A DNA stretch of 64,000 nucleotides. Origin: Thalia democratica (lineage: Eukaryota). The stretch covers positions 30,256,001 through 30,320,000 of the forward strand of contig OZ241833.1 in assembly GCA_965202585.1 (NCBI GenBank), written 5' to 3'. Both the position numbers and the translations under genes were made by a program. Within the stretch, counting starts at the first letter, position 1; each line of letters starts with the position of its first letter. The notes under the pieces were generated by a model. That model made no database searches and was not told the origin of the DNA. It saw only the letters and a program-made list of their open reading frames with translations. Positions 49,427 to 62,822 of this stretch are shown here, piece after piece.

Positions 49427-50243
49427 GGTCATAGGGGGTAAAGCGCTATGAAAACTTTGACAAGCTAGCATTTGTTTTAATTGTTTAAAAAAACAGTGAT
49501 ATCTGTTGTATAAGGGTAAAACGTTGATAGTTTAGTAGATTCCCTTTAATGTTAGGACCAAATATAAAAACCAAGCTATAGTCAGTTTTATAAAAGGTCT
49601 CTCTTCTCCCATGGCTTTAAGCAATCTTTGTCAAAAGTTCTCAATTAAATCATAATTTAGAAATAAAGAGTCTTACCATGGAAGATTTTAAATTTTTGAT
49701 AATAACTTGCTAGAAAAAATGAAAATTTTTATAAAAACCAATTATAATATAATTTTTTTATATCATGTAAGGAACATAACTGAAAATTTGAGTTAGATTT
49801 ATAGAAAACTAAAGAGAAGGTTAGGGCATAGGGGGGTCCAACAAAAAAAAAACAATTATCAGAAAATGTTCCTTGCATCATTAGAAAAAAAAATGTTGTA
49901 ACAATTGAAAAAAAAAAAAAATTAGACCAAAAAAAGAAAAAAAAAAATTAATTTTTTTAAGGAAAAACTAATTTACTCTAAACTTTACAAATTTCTACTC
50001 ATTACTCAAGTTTTGAAATGATTGCTTGAAAACTGTAGGTAAACATATATTTTCAATAAAATAGTTTTTATTTGCCTTTTCAACTTTGCGCTTCTATAAA
50101 GATCCTATTGTTCTCTCTGACTCTGTCCCCTTATATCTCAAAAAATTATTTTTGTTATAAGAAACTGTAAAAAGCAACTGTTAGCTAAGTTAAAGATTTA
50201 AAAAAAAGATAAACATATAAAAAGTGCTTACCGCCCTATGACC
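49427..50243. mobile_element. Degraded TIR element
   Basis: ggtcatagggggtaaagc / gcttaccgccctatgacc inverted termini; TSD unclear. Confidence 0.55.
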
Positions 50244-50561
50244 AAAATTTTAGTATTTCTTAATAAATTTTAAAAAAATAAGGAATGAGAATTTTTTTTC
50301 TTCATACATTTGTATGTGAAACTTTTTACTAAACTGAACATGTTTCAAAGCTTGACTTAAATTTTAATTATATTAATATGTATTTAAATTAACCCTTAGT
50401 ATCCAATTAATAAACCTTTTTTAATTTTGTAGAAAAATGTTGGATTCCCTTTATGGCTTTAAAAACTAAACTACTATTAATTTCAGTCAAAACATGAGTT
50501 AAATCAAAAATGAAATGTCATTATTAAATATCTTGGTTGACTGAGCATTATTTGTTTAGAT

Positions 50562-50967
50562 CAGTGTTTCCACCTTTTTTGATCAAGTTCCCTTTTCAGA
50601 AATAAAGAATAGCTATGACCCCTATGACAAAATTTCTCAAAAATTGTCCCTTCAATACACCTGAGGTTTTTTTAAAAAACTTTTCTCCACCAACTTCAGA
50701 ATATCTAGTTTAAATTTCAATTTATGGCTTCATACCTCCCCCTTTTACAGCTTATGGCCACCTAAACTTCTTAAGTTCTTCTATAATAACTAGTATAAGC
50801 TCCAAAATTACCCTCAAATACCCCTATAAGCTTTTTTTTTGCTCTCTACCATCAACTCCGGAAAGTTCATATTGTGACCCCTTTCCAACTCATTGTCCCC
50901 CCACTTTGGCTCCTTTGCTGCTTATGGCCCCCTAAATTTCTGCAATGACTCACTTTGGAAACCCTTG
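50562..50967. mobile_element. Degraded hAT-like MITE
   Basis: cagtgtttcc ... ggaaacccttg; approximate 8-bp flanks gtttagat/gtctatat. Confidence 0.5.
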
Positions 50968-51678
50968 TCTATATGTTATGATCAAAGTCAGACTAATTAT
51001 TAATAATTAAAATGATAATTAAAATCCTACTGCTGGGGAATTTTTTTACACTAAACACAGTGCTTTTTGCTAAGTATGACCAGTGTTTGCTATTTAGTCA
51101 ACATTTATGTTGAGAATTTAGTGTTTTTTGATATTTAAGTAAATTATTATCTAAATAAATATTACATACCAATAACTGTGCAAAAATCTAGTTTAGTATC
51201 ACTATTTTTTAAGAGAATATATGTTTGAAGATTTTTATTCTTATTTGATTAAGCTAGCTTGATATTTTGTTAATATTAATAACAAACAGTATGTTTGACT
51301 TTTTTGTTTATTTTTCTAAAATTCTGTTATGTAATCAGTTTAAAAGTCCGTATTGCATTATTTTTAATTAAAGTAATTTCTTTATTTACAAATATTTATG
51401 TTATAGGTTTTAACATCTGTTTCTTGTATAATATAATATTCATTAAAGCAAAATAATTATACTACAGTCAAATTCTAGTTGTATGTAAAAATCGCTTAAT
51501 TGGTTTTCATCTGTTAATTTTTATATAAATTTTTTTACTTCTGTATTATTTTTAAATCTTACATATTGCATTAGCATTATAATATATATTTTTGAAAACA
51601 CCAATATTTGTATGAATATTTTAAAGCTTTCAACCTATGTATAGTCAAGTTATAAAATTTTTGTAAGTATATCTTTAA

Positions 51679-52131
51679 GGAGTAGGTGTAAAATTTGACA
51701 AAGGGACATTTTTTCACAAAGATATTGCATGGGAATAAATTTTGCACAAGGGGTCACTTTTGCTCAAAAAAACTAAGCACTAAGACACTTTTGCATGGAT
51801 TGATTTTTTTTTAACCAAGTTGTTTTATATATATTTTTTTACTATCACTATTACCCCTAACCCTTACCCTTGGCTGGTAACTTTTTTATTTTTTATTTGT
51901 TTTTTTATTTTCTATTTTTTTTTTTAATTTCTACTTTTTATTTTTATTAAACTGCTACCCCTTACCCTCAGTCGGTAACTTATTTAATTTTTAATTTTTA
52001 AATCTCTTGCAAAAATGACTCTTTGTGCAAAAGTGACCCTCCGTGAAAAAGTGTCTTGCAAAAGTGGCCCTTAGTGAATATTTGACCCTTCGTGCAAAAT
52101 TGTCTTTTCGAATATTTGACCAGTTCCCATC
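51679..52131. mobile_element. TTAA-flanked MITE (Kolobok-like) with subterminal ttttgcac repeats and ccctaaccct core
   Basis: TTAA at 51675-51678 and 52132-52135; inverted arrays of cacttttgca/tgcaaaagtg. Confidence 0.65.
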
Positions 52132-53217
52132 TTAAAATTTCTTGACTTGATGCTTTTATATGCTTAACAATTAAATATGCTTTATTCATAACAATTTTGT
52201 TATGCATACAAAACTGCTTGATTAGTTTTTCATTTTTTTATTGTTTTTAAATTTGAATGTTAATGTCTTTGTTTACTTGACATTTCAACATAGGCAGAGT
52301 CTTATGTTAGTAATTTAGAAAGTAAATTATTTTTAATGTTTATTAACACAATATAAAACCACACTGTTAATTGTACAACAAATAATAAATAAAAGCTTAA
52401 AATAAAAGTTGTTTTCAAATAAATCTCCAAAAAAAAAAAAAAAAACTGGTTATCCAATTGTATGAAGACTGTATTTTATACATTAATAAAATTATATTCT
52501 ATTAAAAATTGTAATAGTTTATCATAATTAACTTCTAAGCAAAAATATAATTTTCGTTTTAAAGAAATACTTAAAGCATGTATCTTTTGGCCCTGTTTTT
52601 TTGTCATTACTTTAAAAGCCAAAATAGTTTTAGTAATTATCAAATTAACCAATCACTAATCATAAAGAATGTTCTGGATCTACTTTTGTGAGTTGGCAAT
52701 ATTTTCAGCAAATTAGTATGAAATTATTTAGAGAAATAGTTTTAAATTAAAGGGGTGTGGACAATAAAACAAATATTATAAATTAGTATTTTTATACATC
52801 TTTTTTATTAATATTGTTATTGATCTATTACTCACTCTTCTTTTGGGAATATTAGTTTAAAGCTATTTGGGAGAGTTAGTGTTAAATTAAGGTTGTTTGG
52901 TCAGTAATAGAAATAAAAAACATGCTATCTTTTTTATTACTATTATCGATCTAACAATTAGTTTTCCTTTATAATTATTGTTTATTTAAGTACTTTATAA
53001 AAGTATCAGTTGATTTATTTGCATAACAAATCCTATTGATATACTTGAATGATATTTATGATACTTCAATTTTTAGTTGGTATTATTTTTATTAATTCTT
53101 TCTTTATTTTGATATTTTATACACTTTTTTAAAGTGTTTTCTTTTATTATTGTTATTGTTTTTCTGTTTGAAAGTATTTTGTGCTTCAATTATGTATTAG
53201 ATCAGAAGCAATAAAAT

Positions 53218-53531
53218 TAGGGTTGACACATACACACTCAGTCTATATAGAACAAATCAGCTTAGTTTTTTATCAAAGATCAAGCTTATTTGTATATATT
53301 TGCTAAATTTCAGGCTAGTTAATCTAAAAAAGATTAAAAAAAAAACTTTTCTGTTTATCAAGTCTTTTTGTCATATTTTTGGTAATTTTAGGTGATTAAG
53401 CTAGTTTATCGGTATTTTTATGACTTGTCTGAGTTGAACCAATATTTTTAAATTTTATCTTAAACTCAGGTGAACTATGATTAACTTTATGAGAAAATGG
53501 TTGTTTTTTGCCTTTAAGAGTGGAAACCCTG
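53218..53531. mobile_element. MITE related to family A, 6-bp TSD
   Basis: tagggttgacac ... ggaaaccctg; TSD taaaat at 53212-53217 and 53532-53537. Confidence 0.75.
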
Positions 53532-56500
53532 TAAAATGTTCAAATGTTTTTATTTCAATGTAAGTTGAACCTTAAGTTTGATTTTAAATGTTTGTCTTGT
53601 ACACAGTTTTTGTGAACCTTGTACTTTTTAATAGTGATTTAGTAGCTCTTTGGGCTCAAATATATGAGTCTATCTGCAAGGTTGCCACAAATTCAGAAAA
53701 AAAGACAAAAGTCAGGAAAAAATGGGGTTTTCGAAAAAAAGTCAGGAAAGGTCAGAAATTTGATATAAACCTGCTTATGATAAGAAAGTTTATCATCACT
53801 AAAAATGGTGCAATGGAAGTTAGATGATTAAATATAGCAAAAGAAGTCTGTTGTTTTAGCCTGTATAAATATAAGATTAAAAACTTTACATAGTTTCAAG
53901 TCTTTGCATATGTATTTTTGAATCAGTTTTAAGAATTTGATTTAGAAAAGTATGGATTTTTTTTTGAGCTAAATTTGTGTCTGTCTGTGAAATTTTCAAA
54001 CGTTTGCATTTCAATGTTAGTTGAACTCTAAATGATTTGTTGACCATTGTTCTTTTTGCTAGTGATATTTTTTGCTCAATTGTACTATAGTGATGTTGGG
54101 CTATCTGTCTGTAAGTTCAGTAGTACATAAGTTAAAACAAAATGAATGAGAATCATTATAAATGTACAATGAAAAATATATCAGCAAAATTTTAATTATT
54201 CATATAAAAAAGGGTTTTTATTTTAAGTCAAGTAGCAATAGCTTATATTTTGACCAAAAGTAGCTATACTGTTATATTATGGTAAGCTTCAAATGTTTGC
54301 TTATTCGAAATTGAAAAAAAATTAAACTACAATAAATTAGAATCACTAAAGTTTTGTATTAAAAAACTTATTGCAAAGTTTAAATTGCTTGTATCAAATG
54401 TCAATGGTACTAGCTTATTATAGTTTCTATTGTGGAGCTTAGGAAAATGGTGCCAAAAATACTTTGTTATTCAATTTTATCATTAATGCGCTTTCTAGTT
54501 TATTTGTTTTTATATTTATTGTTTAATTTAAAGAAAAATTCTCCTTTCAAAATAACAACTTGCTTAAAAAATACTTGAAAAACATTTCTTTTTGTACATA
54601 AGAATATGATTTGTAATGAAAACAAAGCAGTATTTGACTATGAAGTTTTTATTAACTATTATTGAACGTTTTGTAATTTGTCCAAGTCTAAACATTTGTA
54701 GTAAAAAAAAAAGAAGTAAATTAGCTTACAGTGAGCATGAACACTTAAACATTTTGGTGTATCCTCCTTAAATGTTTTGGATTATTACGATATGGAAACT
54801 CAATTTCTTTGAGGCTTATCTTTTAAAAGGTGTTTTGTGTTGAAATTTTACCATACAAGAAGTTTACCTGAATAAGATATACATGTTCTATACTGCTTTT
54901 CATATAGTTTTATTACCGAAATGTTTTTTTTTATATTATAAAAAATTTATGTGTTATTTAAATAAGAAAACAATTTAGTTTGTTAAAGTATGTATAAATT
55001 TTTATATCCAATAAAGTTTATTCCTTAAATCAAACTGTAATTTTTAAGTTTGCTTCATACTTGATTATTTATGAAATTGTAATGATAAACTGCTTTAAAA
55101 GTTTTTTTTTTTCTAAATTATATTTTGTACATTATTTTTAAATATATGTAATCATTTAAAAAAGTTAAGCTTGTTTATCAAGCATTATTCTGTAATGTTT
55201 CCATCCTAAAGCTTTACTTCTAAAAGCAAAAAATGAGTTCTAATAAAAACTTTAGTTTTTGAATCTCTGCAAATACACACGTTGTCACAAAGTTTACAAA
55301 ACCAGTTCAAACTGGTTTCATCCAGTTTAGTACAAGATATTTTATACACGCCGTATATTTGTTTTACTATTACTGTTTTGGAGAGGGCTTTGTTTATCTC
55401 TTATTAAAACAGTGGCAGTCTTGTTTGTTTTCACAAACTAAGTTTATTAAAAAAAAAAATTATAAGTTTTTATGTTTAGTTTAATCGATTTATAGTTTTA
55501 AAGAAATCTATTAAATAACTTGATGTTAAAAAAAAACAATTTATAAGTTTTAGTTTGCTGTTAGCTTGACTTGTAATTGATAAGAAGCATATTTTTGTTT
55601 TAACAAAAAGTCAACCTTGGCTGTTAAATTTTTTATACAACAAGAAGTGAAATGATAAATAAAGAACAAACATAAAGTTATAAATTAAATGTGCGCTGTG
55701 CGAAGTACTTGAAATCAATTTTCTGTCTTTTGCGCTTTCAACCTCGCCTTTCAAAGTTCGCTTGTTTTAACTTTTCATACAATTGTCTGTGTGTACATAT
55801 TTTACAAGCTTGTGCGTTTGAAATTTGGTGTGAATTTAAATAATCTAGTATAAAAAAATATAATTTATTAACTTTAGTTTGCTGTTAGCTTGACTTTAAG
55901 TAAGTTATAAGAAGTGTATTTTTGTTTAAACAAAAGGTAAACCTTAACTGTTAAAATTGTTTGTATGTGTATGCATATTTTACAAGTTTGTGTATTTGAA
56001 ATTTTGTGTGAGTTTAAATGATTGAAAATATGTTTATTCAAATTAAATGAATTGTCTTTTTGCTTGAATACTAAACAATAAAAAATACTTTAAAAACAAT
56101 TAGATAAGTTAAGACTTCAAATTTAATACATAGAGTTCAATGTAAAATAGCTTGCAGTGATAAATTATTTTAACAGTTTTTTTTTTTAAATAAATATAAT
56201 AAGCTTTATATAAAATGACAAATTTCAATAGTAATCCTTTTACTAGTTTAATAAATGTAAAATATATTGGCATTTAAAATTTCCATTTTTATTGTACTAA
56301 CTAATTTTACGTGCTAATTGGGACTAAAATGTTACATGTACTTCAAAAAAATCTAAAGTTTTTTTTAGTATATAATTTAAATACAAATAAAATAGATTTA
56401 CTTAGATTTAAATTTTACGCAATACTTACTCAATAATTTTTATTTCTAAGTGATTTAAGTTTTAGTATTTATTTCAAAGAAATTAATAAGGTATAATTGA

Positions 56501-56618
56501 AATTACTTTAATTATTTTATTTTTGTAAACAACTTAGAGATGACTGTATAATTTATAAAAACATAAGTTTAAGTTAATTCTTTATAAATTAATAATTTAA
56601 AGTGCATTTTTCCATATG

Positions 56619-56620
<2 letters not shown>

Positions 56621-56650
<30 letters not shown>
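56621..56650. repeat. (AT)15 microsatellite
   Basis: Direct inspection. Confidence 0.95.
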
Positions 56651-56657
<7 letters not shown>

Positions 56658-56880
56658 ACACATTTATTTATATTCCAGTGAACTTGTATCACTAGGATCA
56701 TTTGTTAGCAAACGATTAAATGTATATTTTGAACTAATATATTTATATAATGATTTGTTTTATAAGCCAGATACTTTAAATGCTCACTAGTTCTGAGTTC
56801 TAATTGGGTCGAAAACCTTTTGTTTACTAGAAAAAAAGCAATATTTCTTTGCAGTATATAGTTTAAATGTACATTCAAAG

Positions 56881-56967
56881 ATGAACAACCTTTCAAACGT
56901 CAAACCGAACGTGATTGAAATCGAACCCCACAAGATGGAACAGCTGACCAACAGGCTGATCAGGAAG
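56881..56967 (+). CDS. TLK: Tousled-like kinase-like gene, putative first coding exon
   Basis: ATG in aaagATGa context; MNNLSNVKPNVIEIEPHKMEQLTNRLIRK resembles the LDPRRQELLEARF N-terminus; GTTTGA donor; acceptor at 56852-56854. Confidence 0.6.
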
Positions 56968-57909
56968 GTTTGATGAATGATAGTTTTAAAATAATTACTG
57001 ATTTTATAACAAAATTTTAAAATGAGTTACTTGATTCAAATTAGTTACTTGATTGCATTAAGCAAACTAGCAAGCTGACCAGAAAGATTTGATTTAATAT
57101 GTGTATAAGTTATTTTGTTTTTGTATATTTTAGTGACAAACTTTTTGTCTTTTTTTAGTCCATGTATCTTTTAAGTGCTCTACAATTACATAAATTTGCC
57201 TAAAATAAAAAGATTGCTAGTTGTAATAAATAGTGAATAACTATTATTCATATTAGATATAATTTCACCTTGTTCTAGTTTCATTTTACTAAATTAAGCA
57301 CTGGTTTTTTATTTAAATTTCAACTACTTATTATAATGTTTAAGACAATTGTTTTATTATTTTCTATGAAAATAGAATAAAATACTTCAATTAATAATGA
57401 TTAATTTATTTGGTGCTAGTTTGTTTTGCATCAAATTTTTTTGTACATAAAAATGAGAAAAGTAAGTTTTAAAATAGCGATTAGAGTTTGATCACTCATT
57501 TATTTAATTATTGTTTTTACATGAAAGTTAATAAGTATTTTTTGTACCTCTCCACCCCAGTACAGAATTCTATGCCAAAGTCTATACCCAAATAAGTAAG
57601 ATAAGTTTAGTTATAACTTGTAAGTATTAAAGTAATAACTAAAAGTTTAATTTTTAATTTTTCATAGTTTTTTTTTTGCGTAGTCGAAAAACAAATAATT
57701 ACCAAATATTTTTTGTTCTTCCCAGCCCACAAAACAGAACTGTTATTTTAAATATTTTAAAAATAGTAAGAACTATTTTATAAATAACAGTTTGATTTCT
57801 CATTTGTTCGTTATACTTTGTTTTTTTTATATTACAACAAACAAACAAACAATTACCAAATATTTTTTGTACCCACCCTGACACACAGAACTCCCCAACT
57901 TGCAAACAG

Positions 57910-58108
57910 AACCCGTTGGACAGCAACGTGGGCTCCAACAGCTCCTCCTCCACCAACCAACACAGCAACATGGGCAGCAACCAGCAGGTCGTCGTGGCAA
58001 CCGGCCATAGCAACGAGGACAGCGTCCCCGACATGCACTCGTTCGGGGACAAGAGCAACCCCAGGAGTAAAAACGGCGGGAAAACTCCGAGGGACCGGAA
58101 GAGAAAAC
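57910..58108 (+). CDS. TLK: TLK-like exon (Ser/Asn-rich, ends in NLS-like RDRKRK)
   Basis: cag acceptor, GTTGGT donor; SNEDSVPDMHSFGDK...KTPRDRKRK resembles SNQSLCSVGSLSDKE...RNRKRK. Confidence 0.65.
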
Positions 58109-58946
58109 GTTGGTTGCTTGGTAACATTTTTAAAAGTAACCTTGTGCTTTTTATTTTTTCTTCTTTTGAGGTTTGTTTTTGTAAATATTTTTAAACAATA
58201 TAGTATTTTAATGGGCACAGTTTTGGATTAAAAATGTTTATTTTTCCAACTAATAATATGCATGGTATCGTATACATCCAAGCAAATAAATTTTGTTATG
58301 TTAGCAGACCTTTTTAAGTTAAACAAATTACAAAACTTTACATTTATAAAAAGTTGAACTGTTTTTATCAGTTGAACTTTCTACTTGAGTAAAAGTTTTT
58401 AGACTAATTAGCAGTAACTGATTCACATATATACCATACAAATGGGAATGTAGTTATGCGAAAGAAGTAATTTATAGTTAAGGATTGTTATAAAACAAAT
58501 CTATTTTGTAAACGTATTAAGACAACTGATCTATAACATTAATACTTAGTGAAAGCATGTACTTAAAACCTAGTATCAGTAAGGAAGTTGATGTGTTTTA
58601 TTTTTAGCCTTGTCTTTTATTTGTAAGCAAAAACAAAGAAATTAAGTTAATTTAATATACTAAGTAATCTTAGTTTTCAAAACCTTTAATAAATGAAAAA
58701 ATTAAAATAAAAAATATACTGTTAAATCGACGAAGCGAAATGGATTATAGATATAGATGAGTTATGAAATATATAGTTTAATTTAGGATTACTTAATTTT
58801 CTTATTTTTCCTTATTGTTTATTAAAAAAAAATTACATTAGTTTTTAGGTTGAATGCAGTTGCGCCTTTTTATTACACAAAAATAATAAGTAGATCAAAA
58901 AAATCTACAACAGGTGTTAATACATAAGTTATAGATTTATAATTTT

Positions 58947-59315
58947 TAGGGTTGCCAAAAAACCTGTAAACCTGGAAAAACCTGGAATTTGATAGTTTAG
59001 GCTGAAAAACCTGGAATTTGAAAATTAAAAAAAAAAACCTGGAAAAACCTAAAATTTTTAACAATTTTAACATGTTCAGTAGTAAAATTTAGATTTGACA
59101 CAAAAAATATATCATATAGATAATTTTTTTGTCATCATCAAATATTTTTATTAATAAAAACTTCATTTAAAGTCGCTTTACAGTATCTTTTCAATGTTTT
59201 TATACTCTTTAACACATTTTCTTACCTTAAACTTAACTTTAAATTAAAAATAGACCCAAAAATGAGCACTTTTAAAAACCTGGAGAAAATTTGCCAAAAG
59301 TAGTTGGCAACCCTG
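58947..59315 (-). mobile_element. MITE family A, 6-bp TSD
   Basis: tagggttgcca ... ttggcaaccctg; TSD aatttt on both sides. Confidence 0.85.
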
Positions 59316-59331
59316 AATTTTTAGATTATCA

Positions 59332-59660
59332 CAGGTTTGCTACACACTCATGCCTATCAGGTTAACTCAAGATAGTATGAAGTTTTTTGAAAAACTCCAG
59401 GTTTTTGACTTTTCTCTCTTAAAAATCAGGCTCACTTTTTAAACTAAAATCTCTTATGAATTTGTGTTTTTTCTTCTAGATATTCAGTTATTTCGTTGTA
59501 ACAATACTATTAATTTTAAATTAATGATATTTAGAATTTCAAGTTTGACCAACAGTATTTTAAAAATATTTGGCTCCAACTGCTTGTTTTTTAAATTTTA
59601 TAACAAACTCAGGCTGTCTCTGACTTGTTTTTGGTCTTTCAGGATTATTTTCCAACCCTG
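59332..59660. mobile_element. Diverged MITE related to 53218-53531
   Basis: caggtttgctacac ... ccaaccctg; internal tcagg repeats. Confidence 0.55.
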
Positions 59661-60266
59661 TTATATTTTTTTTTCTTTTTAGGCATAATTGCACTTCTTA
59701 AATTTTAACAGCGTCTAAAATAGCTATATAGAATAAACTTAAGACTTAGGTTATTAAAGTTTCTATGATTACAATAAAACTTTTTCTCAACATTTCTGCA
59801 TGCAATTTGCACCCTGTTAAAATAATCAAAACGTATAGAATAAAGTAAAAAAAAGTCCTCAAGCATAAGTTAACCCCATCAACATTTAAGTATTCCACTA
59901 GCTAATAAGTTCTATAATTTTTTTGACTTAAACTATATATCATCTTTATGTATGCATTTGAACCTCTTAAACACCTACGCAGCCTCGAAAACATCTATAA
60001 TTAAATGTGAAATAAACCCGCCACAGGGTTTAGAATTAGATATTTGAATTCAGTTCAAGTTTGTTTTTTTTTTGCAGGCGTTTTTGTTTAAATACCCCAC
60101 AAGGTCCACCATTTGCCCCTTTTTATTACACAAAATGTAGAAAAGAAAATTACAGCAAGGGATAAGACCTAAGTTAAGGATTATACAAGTTTTTATCTGT
60201 TAAATATTATTATTTTATTTTTTAAATTTTTTTATTATTCTTTATGCACTCGTTATTCAAACACAG

Positions 60267-60502
60267 CGTCGAAAACGGCCGACCAGCTGCACCAGATCGA
60301 GGCGAAGAACAACAAGACGCACCCGCAAAAGTCCATACTCAACTACGAGGGCTTCAACAAGACGGAGTCGCCGGGCAAGATCGGCAAGATCAACCCCGTG
60401 GACGCCAACAGGGCCAAGTACCAGAAGGTCGACACCCCGACGAAAGTGGTCGCGCAAAAGGGAAACCACCAGAGCAAGGCAAGGAAGCAGCTCATGCAGG
60501 CG
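60267..60502 (+). CDS. TLK: TLK-like exon
   Basis: cag acceptor, GTTCGT donor, phase 1-0, strong GC3 codon bias; SKTADQLHQIEAKNNKTHPQKSILNYEGF...KARKQLMQA. Confidence 0.65.
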
Positions 60503-60532
60503 GTTCGTTTGTTGATTGTAATTGAAATTATG

Positions 60533-60780
60533 GGACACGATCAAAAACCACCCGGTCAAATTCGAGAACCGCTTAAATTCGAGAACCGCTTTTCAAACAA
60601 AAAAAAAGAAAAAAAGAGAGCTACCGATCGAGGGTAAGGGTTAGGGGTAACAGTCATAGTTAAAAAAATGCAAAAAAAAACATTAATAAATAGATAAATG
60701 TAAAAAAAGATTAGGGGATTTCGATTGCGAGTGAATTTTGATCGGGTGGATTTTGAAAGCAGGTTGAATTTTGAAAGAAT
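60533..60780 (+). mobile_element. Family B element just 3' of a TLK exon
   Basis: cacccggtcaaattcgagaaccgct x2, agggtaagggttaggggtaacagt, gatcgggtgg. Confidence 0.6.
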
Positions 60781-61549
60781 ACCGAAATTATATGTTTAAC
60801 TGTTTATACCAGCTGCCCCTCAAGACGGAGGCAATATTGCCCACCTTAGAAAACCATCCATTTTTGAGGTACTCTCTATTTTTTTCATAACTGGGCCATT
60901 TTTAGGATACCCTTGCTTATAATTTGTTTAACTTTGTTTTATTATGGCTTTGGTTTTTGCAGAAGTCAAATATTCAATACCAAGTTTTTATCATTGAAAG
61001 TAGCTCAGCTCTATTTCATCTCACAAACCATTAAAGTACATATATATATTATGTGTTATCATTTTAAAATGTTTTAAAAATAACACAGGGGCTAGTTAAA
61101 AAAATTACACAGCAAAGCTTAATTTTTATGTTTTTGTATGTTAACGTTTATTCTTTAAAATTTTGATCGAGTTTTGTCCCTTGAATGTAAATTTTGCCTT
61201 ATTGCAAGCACAACTATCAAAAACTTTCTCATTGTAACTAATATTTACAATACTCTATTAAGTTGTTTCAATTTTAAATTCGAATAAAGTTTAAACCACT
61301 TTTAACTTTAATCCTATGCGGTAGTCATAAATTTTTCCATGGGTTTTTCTTCTCCTTGGTTTGTTTTTATGTATAAATTACCAGCCTTGAACAGTAAATA
61401 TGCTAAAGGAGGTACAGTGACAGTTCAAGTTATACAACTTTTTAAACTCTTTAAAAATTCCAAATGAGTGAACTATATCACACAGTAATAAGACTACCAG
61501 TGAAAAATGCAAATGTTTAAACAAAGATAAGAAGGTAATTTGGTTTTAG

Positions 61550-61612
61550 GCAGAAGATTCATCGATTCCAAAAAAGAGGAAGCTAGATGAAAGAAAAACA
61601 AATAGTTTCCAA
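61550..61612 (+). CDS. Tentative TLK exon
   Basis: tag acceptor, GTATAA donor, phase 0-0, AEDSSIPKKRKLDERKTNSFQ; AT-rich codons. Confidence 0.4.
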
Positions 61613-61934
61613 GTATAAATTTATTTATAATACAGTTATTAATTTTGGCTATAGCCTTTTAATTGGAATAAATTTAGCACATTTTTTCTTTCTTTTTGAT
61701 TAGTTTTTAAACTTGGACAACAAACATTTATTTTATATCAAATTTTAATGGTTTTAATGCCTCTTTATCATATTTTATAGTCAAAGCCAAATTGAAGTTA
61801 CTTAGTGTTTGTATTTAAAAAAATAAGAAAAAGTTTCAACTTTACAACTAAAATCAAAACATTTAGACTATGAATTATTGTGAAAGTTATACTAATTGTA
61901 GTTTAAAATTTTTAAACTATTTTTTTTTTCACAG

Positions 61935-61963
61935 AACACAGCGGCATACAGAGTCTGTCAAAG
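61935..61963 (+). CDS. TLK: TLK-like microexon (29 nt)
   Basis: Strong tttttttcacag acceptor and GTCAGT donor; NTAAYRVCQ-S, phase 0-2. Confidence 0.55.
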
Positions 61964-62244
61964 GTCAGTGGTTATTTTTTTTACTTAATATTGCTGTTTT
62001 TGAAAGTTGAAACTATAAAAGTTCAATATTTTTCAGTTAGAAATAAATAATGTTCAATTTATAATTTTTAGATTTAATGACATTTGTCCAATCGATGTTG
62101 TTTTAAAACTACCAACTGAAAAAAAAATGCTATTAATATACACATTAATAATATTTATTTGCTTCTGTACTTCCTTCTAATAAGTTGTGTTGATTATAAA
62201 AATTTTAGTTTAATTTTTTTATAATTTTGTTTTGATTTTTACAG

Positions 62245-62299
62245 TTCTGCCTACACTCAGACGGAATCGGAGTCTATTTACAGTCAGTACAACTTTGCG
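62245..62299 (+). CDS. TLK: TLK-like exon
   Basis: acag acceptor, GTTAGT donor; SAYTQTESESIYSQYNFA (compare STQSD/STQTD), phase 2-0. Confidence 0.55.
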
Positions 62300-62822
62300 G
62301 TTAGTGTTTTATAATCAGTAAAAATTAATAGTTTTATATCTTTCCAATAACTATTTTGAGTTATAAACAAAATATTTTTGGCATTACAAACTTTGAAAGC
62401 TAAAATTAATACTTTTTTAGTATTACAAAATGTTTTATTATGAACTTAAAAGCTTTCTTTTACAATAAAAGCACAAATAAAAAGTAGTAAATTATATGAG
62501 CTATTTTTTTGCTTTTAAGTAAAATGATAAAATAGGTGCTCAAAAACAACTAAACCAATAAAAACTAAATTTCAACAGCACGCTATTTAATTTGAAATAA
62601 AATAAACATTGTTAGTTACTTGATTTAAAACAACGACCATTCATAAAAGATTTTGTGTCAAATTTTGTATTTTGTAGATTATACCTTATAGCTGTTGAAC
62701 TTGTATGTTTTGCTCCTACTTACTACCTTCTAATAATGAATGCACTTGATTATTATTATTTAATTTGTAAAAAAGTGTACAATACGAGTAGCAGATTAAT
62801 GTAATCAAATATTTTTTTACAG

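Noticed and set aside
57699-60637. Antisense and alternative-frame ORFs over the TLK exons
   Set aside because: Shadows of GC-rich, stop-poor exons; splice phases support only the frame reported.
61490-61534. Extra TLK exon NKTTSEKCKCLNKDKK
   Set aside because: Would leave a 15-nt intron before 61550 and needs phase 2, which does not fit the upstream exon.
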